A stretch of 64,000 nt of DNA from Octopus vulgaris. Lineage: Eukaryota. Where the stretch lies: the NCBI GenBank assembly GCA_951406725.2, contig OX597814.1, positions 11,532,001 through 11,596,000 on the forward strand, given 5' to 3'. The translations under genes and the position numbers were made by a program. A model generated the notes under the pieces. It made no database searches. It was given only the letters and a program-made list of their open reading frames with translations, and was not told the DNA's origin. Numbering within the stretch: position 1 is the stretch's first letter; every line of letters begins with the position of its first letter. Positions 39,843 through 54,241 of this stretch are shown one piece after another.

Positions 39843-41234
39843 TAAAGAAAGCAAAAAGTAAGACAAAAATGATAGAGTTCAGTATGTTGGCGACAGGAAT
39901 TTCTGTCAAAGCGACATGCTTAGACAAAGGGGTATATCATCTCCCTCTTTCTCTCACATATCCACTCTTTCTCTCACTTTTAATATTACTCCCACTGTCA
40001 CCATCAACACTACTACTTTTAGTAAAATATCATCAACTCTCCCTAAATTTCTTTGTCTCTCTTTTTCTCTTTGTCTGTCTTCACTACCGCCTTCACCGTC
40101 TCTATGCCTACTATTACTCTCACCCCATCATGAGGAATAGTAGGATTATATATATATAATATACATATACATATTTATATATATATATGATGTGTTTACG
40201 TCTCCGTAACGAAGTGGTTTGGCAAAAAGGAGCGATAAAACAAGGACCACGCTTTAAAAAATGTACTGGGGTCGATTCAATCGACAAAAAATTTTCAGTG
40301 CGATGCCTCAGCATGGCTGCAACATATATATGGCTAACATATATATATATATGCGTGTATGGGTGCATGTTTGGATATATGTTTGTGTGCGAGTGTATTC
40401 GCGTATTTGTGCATGTGTATACGCGTATGTGTGCATGTATACGCAAGTACGTGCATATATGTACATACGTATATGTGCACATCCATATGTATGTACATGA
40501 GTGTGTCAACATGCACAAATGCTCATGCACTCATACACTCATACACATTCATATATGATGATCCTCATGAATGACATACGAGATTATCTGAATTGAGGCA
40601 AATAATTTGTCGTGACGGAAAGAAGTCGATTTTAGCAAAGTAAAATGGTTTTACGTCCCGACAAGGTTGTGTGTTGGTCTGGGCGAGAGAACATCTTAAA
40701 GCTGCTAATGACGAAGAGGTTTCGTACTTTCGTCAGTCGTATCAACACCAGAATATTAAGAGAAATCGGGCGAATACAACTTAAATACGCTGGTTGTTTC
40801 AAATGATCAGTGAGATGTCACGCGGTACTCGGTATTTTCAAGAGAGAGAGACGAATGAGCGATAGTGAAAAGGAGAAGGAAGAAGAAGAAGAAGAAGAAG
40901 AAGAAGAAGAAGAAGAAGAAGAAGAAGAAGAAGAAGAAGAAGAAGAAGAAGAAGAAGAAGAAGAAGAAGAAGAAGAAGAAGAAGAAGAAGAAGAACAAGA
41001 ACAAGAACAACAACAACAACAACAACAACAACAAAAACAACAACAACAGTAACGGCGGTTTGGAAGGTTGATGCCTTTACCATTGATTACAGAAACGATG
41101 GCAATGATTTTGTCGGAGGAGGAACGGATGAAAAGAGAAATAAAAAATAAAAACAAATAGAAAAAGAGGAGGACGATTATGATGACGACAACGTAGACGA
41201 CGAACTTCTTGGTATATATGTGTGTATGCATGTG

Positions 41235-41288
<54 letters not shown>

Positions 41289-41327
41289 CATAGAAAAATA
41301 TATATAAATACATATACATAAGCATAG

Positions 41328-41369
<42 letters not shown>

Positions 41370-41790
41370 ATTTGTGTACATTGTCCGTTTTTTCCGTTCT
41401 TCTTTTCGTATACATTCGCTGCTTTCTTCCAAGGAATCTAATGCTCTTAGCTTAGTTTTTCCTTGGGGCTAGCCAGATTGGAGCGATCTCAAATATAATC
41501 AGTCGAAATTACGAGGATAATCTGGTGCTTGACTGAGGAAAGTAAACTTCGAATGACCCGTCCTTGTTTTCTTTGTATCGTCTATTTGGATGTTTTGTTG
41601 TACCATTTTGTATTTCATATATATATACATGCATATATTTAGGGATAACCAATAGGTGGATAACCAATATGCTAGAAGATCACATACAATCTAACTACAA
41701 AGAAATAAAATAATGTTCTCTAGAGAAATTCAGCAAACACCAGAACATAAGCGGGTAAGACAGATGAAAATATATAAAAATCCAGAATTA

Positions 41791-41862
41791 ATCGTAGACT
41801 GATTTCGTCTATTACCGATAATTACTTAGGTAATTTTTCGCCCGCAGACTCTTCAGTACGAT
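41791..41862 (-). ncRNA. Minimal type-I hammerhead ribozyme motif, canonical core
   Basis: Minus strand: AUCGUA-CUGAAGA-GUCUG...UAGAC-GAAA-UCAG-UC-UACGAU; perfect 6-bp stem I, GUC cleavage triplet. Confidence 0.75.
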
Positions 41863-42053
41863 CGTTCCAATTTAATATAATTTGTAGAACTATACACTAG
41901 TTGTCCTTATAAAATTAGAGGTGTGCATAGTCCTACCGATTACATTGGGGTTATTTTCAAATGTCTAAGATCTGGCGCGCTAAAGTCCGGAAACAGTTCC
42001 GCAGTAGATAATTTACTGCAGTTAATGTTGCCGATTAGAGAACATAATTATTC

Positions 42054-42590
42054 CCCCGAGGTCGACTCTGCCTTTCATCCTTTCGGGGGTCGATGAAATA
42101 AGTACCAGTTACGCACTGAGGTTGAAGTAATCAACTAACCCCATCCCCCAAAATTTCAGGCCTTGTACCTAGAGTAGAAAATATATACTAAGGCAGCGAG
42201 CTGGCAGAATCGTTAGCACGCACGGCGAAATGCTAAGCGGAATTTCGTCTGCCGCTACGTTCCGAGTTCAAATTCCGCCGAGGTCGACTTTGCCTTTCAT
42301 CCTTTCGGAGTCGATCAAATAAGTACCAGTTGCGCACTGGGTTCGATATAATCAACTTAATCCGTTTGTCTGTCCTTGTTTGTCCTCTGTGTTTAGCCCT
42401 CGTGGGTAGTAAAGAAATCGATATTTCGTCTGCCGTTATATTCTGAGTTCAAATTCCGCCGAGGTTGACTTTGTCTTTCATCCTTTCGGGGTCGATTAAA
42501 TAAGTACCAGTTACGCACTGGGGTCGATGTAAATCGACTTAATCCCCTTGACTGTCCTTGTTTGTTCCCTCTGTGGGAAATAAAGAAATA
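42054..42590 (+). mobile_element. Family A SINE cluster including a head-(body-tail)2 dimer
   Basis: Core repeated three times; tail gtaaagaaat joined directly to atatttcgtctgccg. Confidence 0.88.
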
Positions 42591-42762
42591 ATTGTATATA
42601 TTTTCCCTGTGTCTTTTAATGTATACCACCGGCGTCGACTTTGCATTTAGCCCCTTCGCGTTCGACAAAATAATCCCCAGTTGAGCAGTGGGGTGGGGGG
42701 TCCCTATAGAAGATTAAAACCTCTTCCAAAGTTGTGCCTATATTAGACAGGATTATTGTTAT

Positions 42763-42803
<41 letters not shown>

Positions 42804-43150
42804 GCAGCGAAGTGACGGCGGCAAAGATGCGAGAAGAAAAGCATAGAAATATTAAATAGTAGTGCGTATGTACGTGTGTGTATGCGCGCGTCACATTTGC
42901 ACGTGTGTGTGGATCTGAACATGTATAAATAGTTTAGTGGGTCAATTGATATACAAATCGATGGTTAGATAGGTCAATTTTAAAATTGATAACTTAGCGA
43001 ATAAGAAAACTATAGAAGATGTACATCAATCTGGCAAAGAGGTTGCACTTGTGTGAAACCAAAACCATTCTTTTTGAGAAGAATTTTCTTGCAATAGCAA
43101 TCAACAAATATTGAAATCTGAAAATGGCCAACTCTGTAAATCTACACACA

Positions 43151-43225
<75 letters not shown>

Positions 43226-43352
43226 TTGCGCACGCACGGATACGCATACAAACACATACGTGTGTATATTTGTGTGCTTCTGTGTACATGAATCCTTACG
43301 CATATATATAAGCTCTCACACATACATAGACACACACACACACACACATAAA

Positions 43353-43388
<36 letters not shown>

Positions 43389-43489
43389 TGTATGTATGTA
43401 TGTATGTATGTATCTACATATTTATGTATCTGTGGATGTCTGTGTGTATGAATGCATTTGTGTATATGTGTGTGTGTGCATGTATGTAT

Positions 43490-43524
<35 letters not shown>

Positions 43525-43754
43525 ACAGATAGATAGATTAGATAGACAGACAGACAGACAATAGGCGAAACTGGAACATGGAAAGGCTTATGAAAGCAGG
43601 CATAAACATCTATCAACATATGGAACTAAGCAATCCATATCTGTACGTCTATCTGTCTATTGAGATATTTACCGAGCTCGCACTTATGCACCGGGGCATT
43701 AATCTTGTATAGATATGTATTTGCTCACCACCTCGTATAAAACGCGAGCGCGCA

Positions 43755-43813
<59 letters not shown>

Positions 43814-43865
43814 TCTCATAACTCTAAATATTATTTTTATTTCTAATATCTGAAAGTAGATACTT

Positions 43866-44465
43866 CCCGGTATTTCGCCCGTCCTTGTGTTCTGAGTTCA
43901 AATTCCGCCAAAGCCGACTTTACTTTTTATTCTTTCGAGATCGATAAAATAAGTACCTATTTCTTTACTAACCCACAAGGGGCTAAACACAGAGGGGACA
44001 AACAAGGACAGACAAACGGATTAAGTCGATTACATCGACCCCAGTGCGTAACTGGTACTTAATTTATCGACCCCGAAAGGATGAAAGGCAAAGTCGATCT
44101 CGGTGGAATTTGAACTCAGAATGTAACGGCAGACGAAATACCTATTTCTTTACTATCCACAAGGGGCTAAACACAGAGAGGACGAACAAGGACAGACAAA
44201 CGGATTAAGTCGATTACATCGACCCCAGTGCGTAACTGGTACTTAATTTATCGACCCCGAAAGGATGAAAGGTAAAGTCGATCTCGGTGCAATTTGAACT
44301 CTGTACGTAACGGCAGACGAAATACCGCTAAGCATTTCGTCCGGCGTGCTAACGTTTCTGCCAGCTCGCCGCCTTTAATAAGTACCAGTTGAGCACTGGG
44401 GTCGATGTAATCGACTTATCCCCTCTACCGAAATTGATGGCCTTGTGTGAAAATATGAAAGTAAT
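43866..44465. mobile_element. Family A dimer (minus, ~43957-44375) nested in a plus-strand family A copy
   Basis: aataagtacc duplicated on both sides of the insert. Confidence 0.88.
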
Positions 44466-44774
44466 ATCTGAAAACAGACCGCGCCAATGTGAAATCTTAG
44501 ACTGCAAAAGGATTGCATTTCTATTTTCAATATCGCTATTGATTCCGTAATATTCCCGTTTTACTGGTGTTTATAAAATATGTGTATGTGTACAAAACAC
44601 TCCTATAATAGCAGAATGTGTGTATAAACTTGCGTTTACTAGAAACATAATCATCTTCCGAAAATATATAAAGAGAAAGTATATATCATATGTATGTGAT
44701 ATAGCTGTCATGGGACCGGATCGACTATATTTCAGTTAAGTGAGTACTTGATACGCATTTTAGAGTAGACGGGA

Positions 44775-44829
<55 letters not shown>

Positions 44830-45131
44830 GCGTGTGTGTGTGTGTGTGTGGTGGCACATGGCCTAGTGGTTAGAGCAGCGGATTCGCGGGTTCGAATCTC
44901 AGACCGAGCGATGTGTGTGTTTATGAGCGAAACACCTAAGCTCCACGCGGCTCTGGCAGAAGGTAATGGCGAACTTCTGCTGACTCTTTCGCCACAACTC
45001 TCTCTCACTCTTTCCTCCTGCATCTTGCAGCTCACCTGTGACGGACCGGCGTCCCGTCCAGTGGGGAAGCTATACGCCAAGGAAACCAGGAAACTGGCCC
45101 TTATGAGCCAGGCATGGCTCGAGAAGGAACA

Positions 45132-45164
<33 letters not shown>

Positions 45165-45535
45165 CTAGCAGCATCGCCCGGCGTTGCTCGGGTTTGTTTC
45201 GACCCTTTAGAATTGGAATTTTTGAAAAGTAAAAATTTTGCATTATGTAGCTTGTTATTCTCTCTGAGTGAACATTTTTCTGGTTGAAATACACCGAAAA
45301 ATGGCGACACAGTAGTCAAAAAATCGTAAAAAATAGGGATTTTCATAAAAAGTAAGCACCTTTTTGATGTAAATAATTTTTGGTGTTAACATGGTCCGAT
45401 TTGAATTTTTTCTTCAACGGAAGGAAGAGCAAGCCATTTTGGTTAACTTACGCCGCAGGGTCTCGGAGGAGATAGTGTTAGTTGAAGGCTACCAAACATG
45501 CCATACACAGACAACTTCAGCTTTATATATAGAGA
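45165..45535 (-). mobile_element. Non-autonomous Helitron-like element
   Basis: Minus strand starts TCTCTATATATAAAG and ends with hairpin CCCGAGCAACGCCGGG about 8 nt before terminal CTAG|T; no TSD. Confidence 0.75.
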
Positions 45536-45739
45536 GAAATATGTGGTTCAAAACTGTACAAGCAAACAACATGCAAAAAGACAGAGAACAAAGATGTATT
45601 AGTTTAACGCTCAGAAAAAATGAAAGTGTCTTTGACACTTCGAGCCTACGCCCTCCTACGGAAAGGAATGGGGAACGAAAAGAAAAAGTGGAGAGAGAAA
45701 AAATTCGGAGGAAAATGTGTTACCGGATTAGCGGTTGCG

Positions 45740-45770
<31 letters not shown>

Positions 45771-46207
45771 GCACATATAATATGTAATATATATGTGTGT
45801 GTGTACTTATATATAAGCACGTCTATGTAGGTATGTATCTGTGTGTGTATTCACCGTAAACGTCTTCTCAATCACTACAAGAACCATCACTTTGCTGCCT
45901 ACATTGTTGTTTTACACACCACTTCATACGATAACCTCATCACTCCATCACTCTTACTATACATTTCCTATCTATTGTGATTACCTATGACGATATGAGC
46001 TTGGCTTCCTCTTTTCATTTGGAATGTATTGGACAGCTTAAGAGATATAGTTTGTAACAGTAAGAAAGTGATTGATATAATGAAAGCAATGATGATTATA
46101 GTCTTCTTGGTGGTAGTGGTGATGGCATTAATGGTGATGGTGGTGGAAGCTGGTGGTGTGATAAGTCAGAAGACAGTGCACCGTACTCTGTCTTAGAAAT
46201 GTGCTGG

Positions 46208-47035
46208 CAATATCAATGGTGAGCTGAGGGCGGAGAACTGGCAGAATCGTCAACAGGCCGGGCAAAATGCTTACCGGCATTTCGTCCGTCTTTACGTTCT
46301 TCCTGGATCAATTTTGCTTTTCGTCCTTCTGGGGTCGATAAAATAAGTACCACTCGAGCACTGGGGGTCGATGTGATCGACTTTCTTCCTCATCCGAAAT
46401 TGTTGATCTCGTGCTAAAATCTAAAACCAATATCAACGGGTGAGCTGGCTGAATCGTCAGCAGACCGGACAAAATGCTTAACGGTATTTCGTCCGTCTTT
46501 ACGTTCTTCCAAGGTCAATTTTGCTTTTCGTCCTTCTGGGGTCGATAAAATAAGTACCACTTGAGCACTGGGGGTCGATGTGATCGACTTTCTTCCTCAT
46601 CCGAAATTGCTGATCTCGTGCTAAAATCTATAACCAATATCAACGGGTGAGTTGGTTGAATCGTCAGCAGACCGGACAAAATGCGTTACTGTATTTCGTC
46701 CGCCTTTACGTTCTGCGTTCATCCTTTCAACTTGCCTTTCATCCTTTTGAGGTCGATAAAATAAGTACCAGCTGGACAATGGGATCGATGCAATCGATTT
46801 ATTCCCTCCCTCGAAATTGTTGGATTTGTGATAAAATTAGGAACGTTTAGTGACATTTCGTCCGGCTTTACGTTCTGAGTTCAAATTCCAGCAAGGTCGA
46901 CTTTGTCTTTCATCCTTTCGGGGTCGACCGATGAAATAAATACCAGTCGAGTACTGGTATCGATGTAATCGACTTACACTTACCTCCGAAATTACCTCCA
47001 AAATTACCGGCCTTGTGCAAAAATTCGAAACCAAT
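46208..47035 (+). mobile_element. Four tandem family A SINEs; the first two are a local duplication
   Basis: ~205-220-bp units starting caatatcaa; the first two share the deletion ttacgttcttcc. Confidence 0.85.
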
Positions 47036-47164
47036 ACTGATAATGATCATAATCACGAACAGGATCATGATGTAATACCGAGTACGCGATGTCTGCTAAA
47101 TTTGTCGGTAAGCAACAACAGCAACGATATATCTGTTTAGATAATCTTAGATTAAAGAATATAC

Positions 47165-47560
47165 GCAGGTGTGGTAAGTAGCTTGTTTACCAACCACATG
47201 GTTCCGGGTTCAGTCCCACTGCGTGGCACCTTGGGCAAGTGTCTTCTACTATAGTCTCGGGCCGACCAAAGCCTTGTGAGTGGATTTGGTAGACGGAAAC
47301 TGAAAAGAAGCCCGTCGTATATATGTATATGTATATATGTATGTGTGTGTTTGTGTGTCTGTGTTTGTCCCCCTAGCATTGCTTGACAACCGATGCTGGT
47401 GTGTTTATGTCCCCGTTACTTAGCGGTTCGGCAAAAGAGACCGATAGAATAAGTACTGGGCTTACAAAAGAATAAGTCCCGGGGTCGATTTGCTCGATTA
47501 AAGGCGGTGCTCCAGCATGGCCGCAGTCAAATGAGTGAAACAAGTAAAAGAGTAAAAGAG
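47165..47560 (+). mobile_element. tRNA/CORE-like SINE family C with internal (TA)n(TG)n; copies 47921-48313 (-), 53370-53828 (+), 63045-63422 (-), partials near 486-637, 12640-12810, 13630-13790, 18080-18240, 38030-38140
   Basis: gtgtggtaag...gggttcagtccc head, caccttgggcaagtgtctt CORE-like box, (gtaaaaga)n tail. Confidence 0.88.
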
Positions 47561-48689
47561 TATACATACATATAGTTTTCTAGTATACACACGCACATAT
47601 ATACACATAGATAAATCCTGGAAAGGTTACCTGTTCAGAGTAACATGGTACGTCTCCTTAGAATAAAGTACCTAAAATATTAATGCGTGTTTTAGTTTAT
47701 ATCCTAATTGCGTTCAACAGCTGTTTCGTTAAGATAAACATCGCCAAATGTATAATTATAGAGCTGTGACACATAATTATAATTAATCTAAGTCAAATTA
47801 ATTTAAAAACTGTATTTCTCCAAATCAGCAGAAATATTGTTGTATTTAGGAAGCAATTACAGGTTTAAGTATATCGAGACAGGGAGAGGTTATTTTTCTT
47901 TTTTAAGTTTTCTCTTACCTTTACTCTTTTACTTGTTTCAGTCAATTGACTGCGGCCATGCTGGAGCACCACCTTTAGTCGAGCAAATCGACCCCGGGAC
48001 TTATTCTTTGTAAGCCCAGTACTTATATTCTATCGGTCTCTTTTGCCGAACCGCTAAGTGACGGGGACGTAAACACACCAGCATCGGTTGTCAAGCAATG
48101 CTAGGGAGACAAACACAGACACACAAACACACACACACAAATACATATATATATACATACATATATACGACAGGCTTCTTTCAGTTTCCGTCAACCAAAT
48201 CCACTCACAAGGCATTGGTCGGCCCGAGGCTATAGTAGAAGACACTTGCCCAAGATGCCACGCAGTGGGACTGAACCCGGAACCATGTGGTTGGTAAGCA
48301 AGCTACTTACCACTCGATTTTCTAAATAGCAACATTTCTGATGATTTGAGGAAAACACTGTCTTAAATTAATTTGACTTAAATAAATTTAATTTGAATTA
48401 TGTACCACAGTTATGTAATTATACATTTGGTGGTGTTTATCTTAATGAAACAGCTATTGAGCACAATTAAAGTATGAACTGTATTTGAAATTGATGCTCA
48501 TCTGCTTTTATGCCTAATGCATTGCTCTTAAAGATCATTTTAACTGATTATGTATATACATGCAAGTCGGCCTCATTTGGCTTTACTACAATGTAATTAC
48601 CTGTCAGAGTTTAACGACCTGCTATTAATTGAACTCTGAATTAGCGTGGATTTATTCCTTGATGTTTACACATCAATTCTCTAAATGGG

Positions 48690-48772
<83 letters not shown>

Positions 48773-48818
48773 GTGCGTGTGTGTGTGTATGTGTATGCTT
48801 TTATAAATACATATATAC

Positions 48819-48849
<31 letters not shown>

Positions 48850-50321
48850 TGTATGTATGTATGTATGTATGTATGTATGTATATATGTATGTATGTATGT
48901 ATATGTGTATGCATGTATGTATGTATGTATGCATGTTTTTTCCTTGGGTTTAATTTCTTCTTGAGAGAGTTCAAGCTAGTCGCTAACAAAGCGTCAAGAC
49001 ATTTTGAGTTAAGTGAGTTCCCGGTGTTTGTAAAAACGTAGTCGAATTGGTGTGCTGGTTGAACTGTCGATGCATATACCCAAGAGGTTCATCTATTCAC
49101 ATAAGAATCTCAGATGGAGAGTTTTGGGAATATCTTACAAATTTTCTCTTTTCCATAGATTGGATACGGAGAAGCTGCGACAGTTTCTTTTTGCTCTTAC
49201 TCTGTGAAACTGAACATTTCTAGTTTTTTGTACAAATTTGTTGGTATGTATGTATGTATGTATCGGAAGTTGGGAGAGATATACGAAGCTAGCATTGTAC
49301 AATAGTTCGAACAGAGAAGCGATGCTTTACACATTTTTTTGTAGCTAGGTTAGTGATTCATTAGTTTATCTCCTCATAAGTATGGTGCAAATGAAGGCGC
49401 AATGGCCCAGTGGTTAGCGCAGCGGACTTGCAGTCGAAGGATCGCGGTTTCGATTCCCAAACCGGGCTTTGTGAGTGTTTATTGAGCGAAAACACTTAAA
49501 AGCTCAACGAGGCTCCGGCAGGGAGTGGTGGCGACCCCTATTGAACTCTTTCGCCACCACTTTCTCTCACTCTCTCTTTTCCTGTTTCTTGAGTAACGCT
49601 GCGATGGACTGGCGTCCCGTCCAGCTAGGGGGGGGGGGAACACATACCCCACAGAAACCCGGAAACCGGGCCCATGAGCCTGGCTAGGCTTGAAAAGGGC
49701 GACGTTTTAAGTATGGTACAAATATCTAAAACAAAACAAAAGTCCTAAACTAAGATGATAAACAAGCCATGTTCATCCTATGGTAAAATGAAATAGATAC
49801 TGATCCTAGTCTGAGTATAGTGACTCGTTAACGGGAGATCTGGAAGCAAATAAAGCTATAGACAATAGCGAATGAATGGATAGAAAATGTCGAAGGATGG
49901 TCACGTCTCCTGAGTCCATATTTCCTGTGACTTAAATATATATATGAATGTGTATGCGTATTGTGTGTGTGTGTGTGTGTGTGTGTATCCGTATTCACAG
50001 TTGGCCGAAAGGCCAATTGAACGAGATTGTGATACTGTATATAATTCTTGTTTACTTTGCACAAAAGCAAATATTCAGCAGACTCTGCATAATTCGAATT
50101 CAATGTTGTTTTGACCGTTTGACTACTTTTACCATTTTAAATTGCAAAAAAAGCATAAATCTTATAAGATATATACGCGCGCACGCACACACACACACAC
50201 ACACACACACATGCACACACACACACACACACACACACAACATATATATATATATGTACTGCACACGTACACACATCCATGCTACATACACACACACACA
50301 CACATACATATATATATATCA

Positions 50322-50363
<42 letters not shown>

Positions 50364-50616
50364 TTATGAATGCATGCATTTATACGTGTATGAAAGTACA
50401 CCCTGAGTTATACTCTTAAGTAAGTCCTTTTTTCTATTTACAAGCACAAAACTATGTAAGTATACACACGTATACACACACACACACACATACACACACA
50501 CACACACGTATATACATGCATACGTGTGTGTGTTTGTGCATATGTGTGAATGTGTGTGTATTTGTATATATGCATGCGTGCATATACGTATATGATTTTA
50601 TACGTACACATGTATA

Positions 50617-50708
<92 letters not shown>

Positions 50709-51179
50709 GCATATGTGTGTATATATATGAGTGTATGTGTGAGCGTGCTTTCATATAAATGTTTAACGCATACTCACAACTACACGTTTATACGCAGCAT
50801 ACACACACTCTTCGAACACAGCTTTCATAACGGATCTCGTTTCGTCTTACTGAATACTGTATAGATTAGATTTCTATTGATAATGATTAACTCCATCACA
50901 ATACTGACACACAGACATAGGTGAGGTGGCGGCATTTCTGCTCTGCCGGATTCAGTTAGCGCTGTGGCTGAGTATACAGGCAAGCACTTGTTCGTTATAA
51001 CAGCCGTGTGTTGAGCGGAGCACGCCCCAGTCAGCTGTCATCATTCACTCCCACAACATGACCTTTCTCTATGTTTGTGTGTAACTGAATGTGTGGTACG
51101 TGCATTTAAGTGTATTCCATATATGCATATACGTGTATATGTACGTATACGCCTAATTATGCATACACACACACATATA

Positions 51180-51313
<134 letters not shown>

Positions 51314-51318
51314 ATCCA

Positions 51319-51353
<35 letters not shown>

Positions 51354-51381
51354 TAATAGATATATATATATATATATATAT

Positions 51382-51420
<39 letters not shown>

Positions 51421-51425
51421 CATAC

Positions 51426-51472
<47 letters not shown>

Positions 51473-51480
51473 TACATATT

Positions 51481-51538
<58 letters not shown>

Positions 51539-51721
51539 CACGCATACACAGACATACATACATGTGTGAAGGCGCATGGCTCAGTGGTTAGAGCGTCGGG
51601 TTCACAATCATGAGGTAGTGAGTTCGATTCCCGGACCGGGTTGTATGTAGCGTTCTTGAGCAAGACTCTTTCTAGATGCAATCCTACGGTCATTCATGAC
51701 CGAAGGGGGTCTTGATAGATA

Positions 51722-51810
<89 letters not shown>

Positions 51811-52279
51811 AGGAGTACTGGTGGAATATCCCAATGAAAACCTCAATGAAATGTAAACATAATTATCATAATTGTTATATGCGCTGTAAGTGTTCTGAAT
51901 TTTCACAGACAAACGTTTGCAGTCAAGTAAAAGTACAATGGATCTTATAAACAGTGGATCTTATAAACTGATCTGGATATTTGTTATTTAAGAAGATATA
52001 TATTTTTGAGTAACTTATTTCTTCTTCATATGCTAGATGTCGGAATTTGACAGTTCCTTTCTTTGATCTGTACGGATAAGTCCTGTGCAATAAGTTTTCG
52101 ATCCTTTGGTTTTGTCTCCGTCATTCTCAACACTATATCAAGGAATTTCAGCTGTTTTTTTTCTTTTAGTTTTTTGTTTTCTTTTTCCAGGATAAACCCA
52201 AGTTATATATGTAATGAATTCGAGTGATCAGCAATAACTTGAACAGTTCATTGTGTTGCCTATGTATGAAAACGGCATC

Positions 52280-52809
52280 CACGTGATATCAAAAAGTCCC
52301 CGGATTAGTTCTGTAGCGCGCCAACAGATGGCAGTACACTGTTGCATGCGCCGTGAGAGCTACCAGCAAAGCGGACCGGGGGATTGAGGGGCACGTTGCC
52401 GCCTCAAGAAAAGAAATTCGCCCTTCTAAATAATGTTATTACACCCTTTTCTCATGGAATTAAACTCAATTTTGACCTTGTGTCCTCCCTTCGAAATATT
52501 CCTGGGACCGCGCCTGATCAGTGACCTTCATAAGTGACCTTCCATCTCTTCCCCCAAATGAAAATGCTGCTCAAAGGTCGCCGTTTTTTCACCGTTGTAG
52601 GAGATCCAGACCGAATCGCAGAAGGTCCTCGACTCGCTTATCGAAAACGACTTCCAGACCGGATTCCTAAAGTGACAAGAACGCTGGGACCGGTGTATTG
52701 CTGTGCAAGGTTACTATATCAAATGGGACAATGTTAAAACTTAGGTAAATAACTTTTTTTTATATTATTAAACATATCTAGTCTGGGAACTTTTTGAAAC
52801 CACCTCGTA
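52280..52809 (+). mobile_element. Internally deleted mariner derivative with both TIRs
   Basis: Left tcaaaaagtccccggattag vs right ctagtctgggaactttttga (inverted), ending ctcgTA. Internal FHLFPQMKMLLKGRRF...ERWDRCIAVQGYY is the transposase C-terminus. Confidence 0.85.
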
Positions 52810-53528
52810 AGTGATTGATCAGAACTGACTTGGGGCTAAACAATAGCAGCCTACAGATAGCTTCCCCTATCACGACGATTATCATACCTTCATGTGCACA
52901 CTACATGACTACATAAGGATGAAGTTACCAGCAGTACCCACTAAAACTGAGTTACGAGACAGATCACACATATTCAAGATAGCTTCTGTGACGACAAAAT
53001 ATTTATTAGCTATATTATGGTCGCTCAATCTATTATAAATCTCAGCTAAATATTTTTTCAGACGTTACAGCCTGCCTACAGCCCTGAAAAGAGATGGACA
53101 CAATGAATAATACAGGTCTAGACACGTGACAGAAGGAAAGGAAAATCATTGTTGGAATGCTTTTGATCACAAAGTCTATTCAATCTAGGATGACATAGGT
53201 GTATACAACATGCTTATAAACACAGAAAGTTTGCTGTTGGACTTTTAGTATCCTGACAGTTATCAGACCCACTACAGGGATATACAAAGAGTTGTGGGAC
53301 ATAAATATTATGGACAGTTTCTGTACACAAAGTATTTGCTAATGTTATTTAATTTATTTTATTTTAGCAAGAGTGGCTGTGTGGTAGGCAGCTCGCTTAC
53401 GAACCACATGGTTCCGGGTTCAGTCCCACTGCGTGGCACCTTGGGCAAGTGTCTTCTACTATAGCATCGGGCCGACCAAAGCCTTGTCAGTGGATTTGGT
53501 AGACGGAAACTAAAAGAAGCCCGTCATA

Positions 53529-53606
<78 letters not shown>

Positions 53607-54241
53607 CGTGTGTATATGTTTGTGTGTCTGTGTTTGTCCCCCCCAACATCGCTTGACAACCGATGCTGGTGTGTTTACGTCCCCGTAACTTAGCGGTTCG
53701 GCAAAAGAGACCGATAGAATAAGTACTAGGCTTCCAAAGAATAAGTCATGGGGTTGATTTGCTCGACTAAAAGGCGGTACTCCAGCATGGCCACAGTCAC
53801 ATGACTGAAACAAGTAAAAGAGTAAAAGCGTAAACTAACAAATGATTAATTCAGATAGTTTCTCCTTGAAGGTGCGTGGCTTAGTGGTTAGGGGTATTCG
53901 GCTCACGATTGTAGGGTTGTGAGTTCGATCGCCGGTGGTGCATTGTGTTCTCGAGCAATACACTATTTCATGATACTCCAGTCTACTCAACTGGTAAAAA
54001 TGGGGTGTACCTGTAATTGAATAGGCTAGCCTTGACACATTCTGCATCACGCTGAATCTCCCTGAGAACTAGCTACGTTAAGGGTCCGCCTGCCTTAAAA
54101 TGCTGAGCCACACTTGTCCGTTAATTTCCGGAGCAGGCTGTTTCGCTGACCCGATCAACTAGTACCCTCGTCGTTGTAACCGACAGAGTGACATTTAATA
54201 TGGAGAGCTTCTTATAATGCAGAACAGTAAAGTTAAGTAAC

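Noticed and set aside
40709-40742. Minus-strand CUGACGA-AAGUAC-GAAACCUC hammerhead-like string
   Set aside because: No stem II, and the stem I register is incompatible with a UH site; possibly a decayed motif but unsupported.
41531-41566. CUGAGGA-AAG-UAAA-CUU-CGAAU motif
   Set aside because: Lacks GAAA and a stem I partner.
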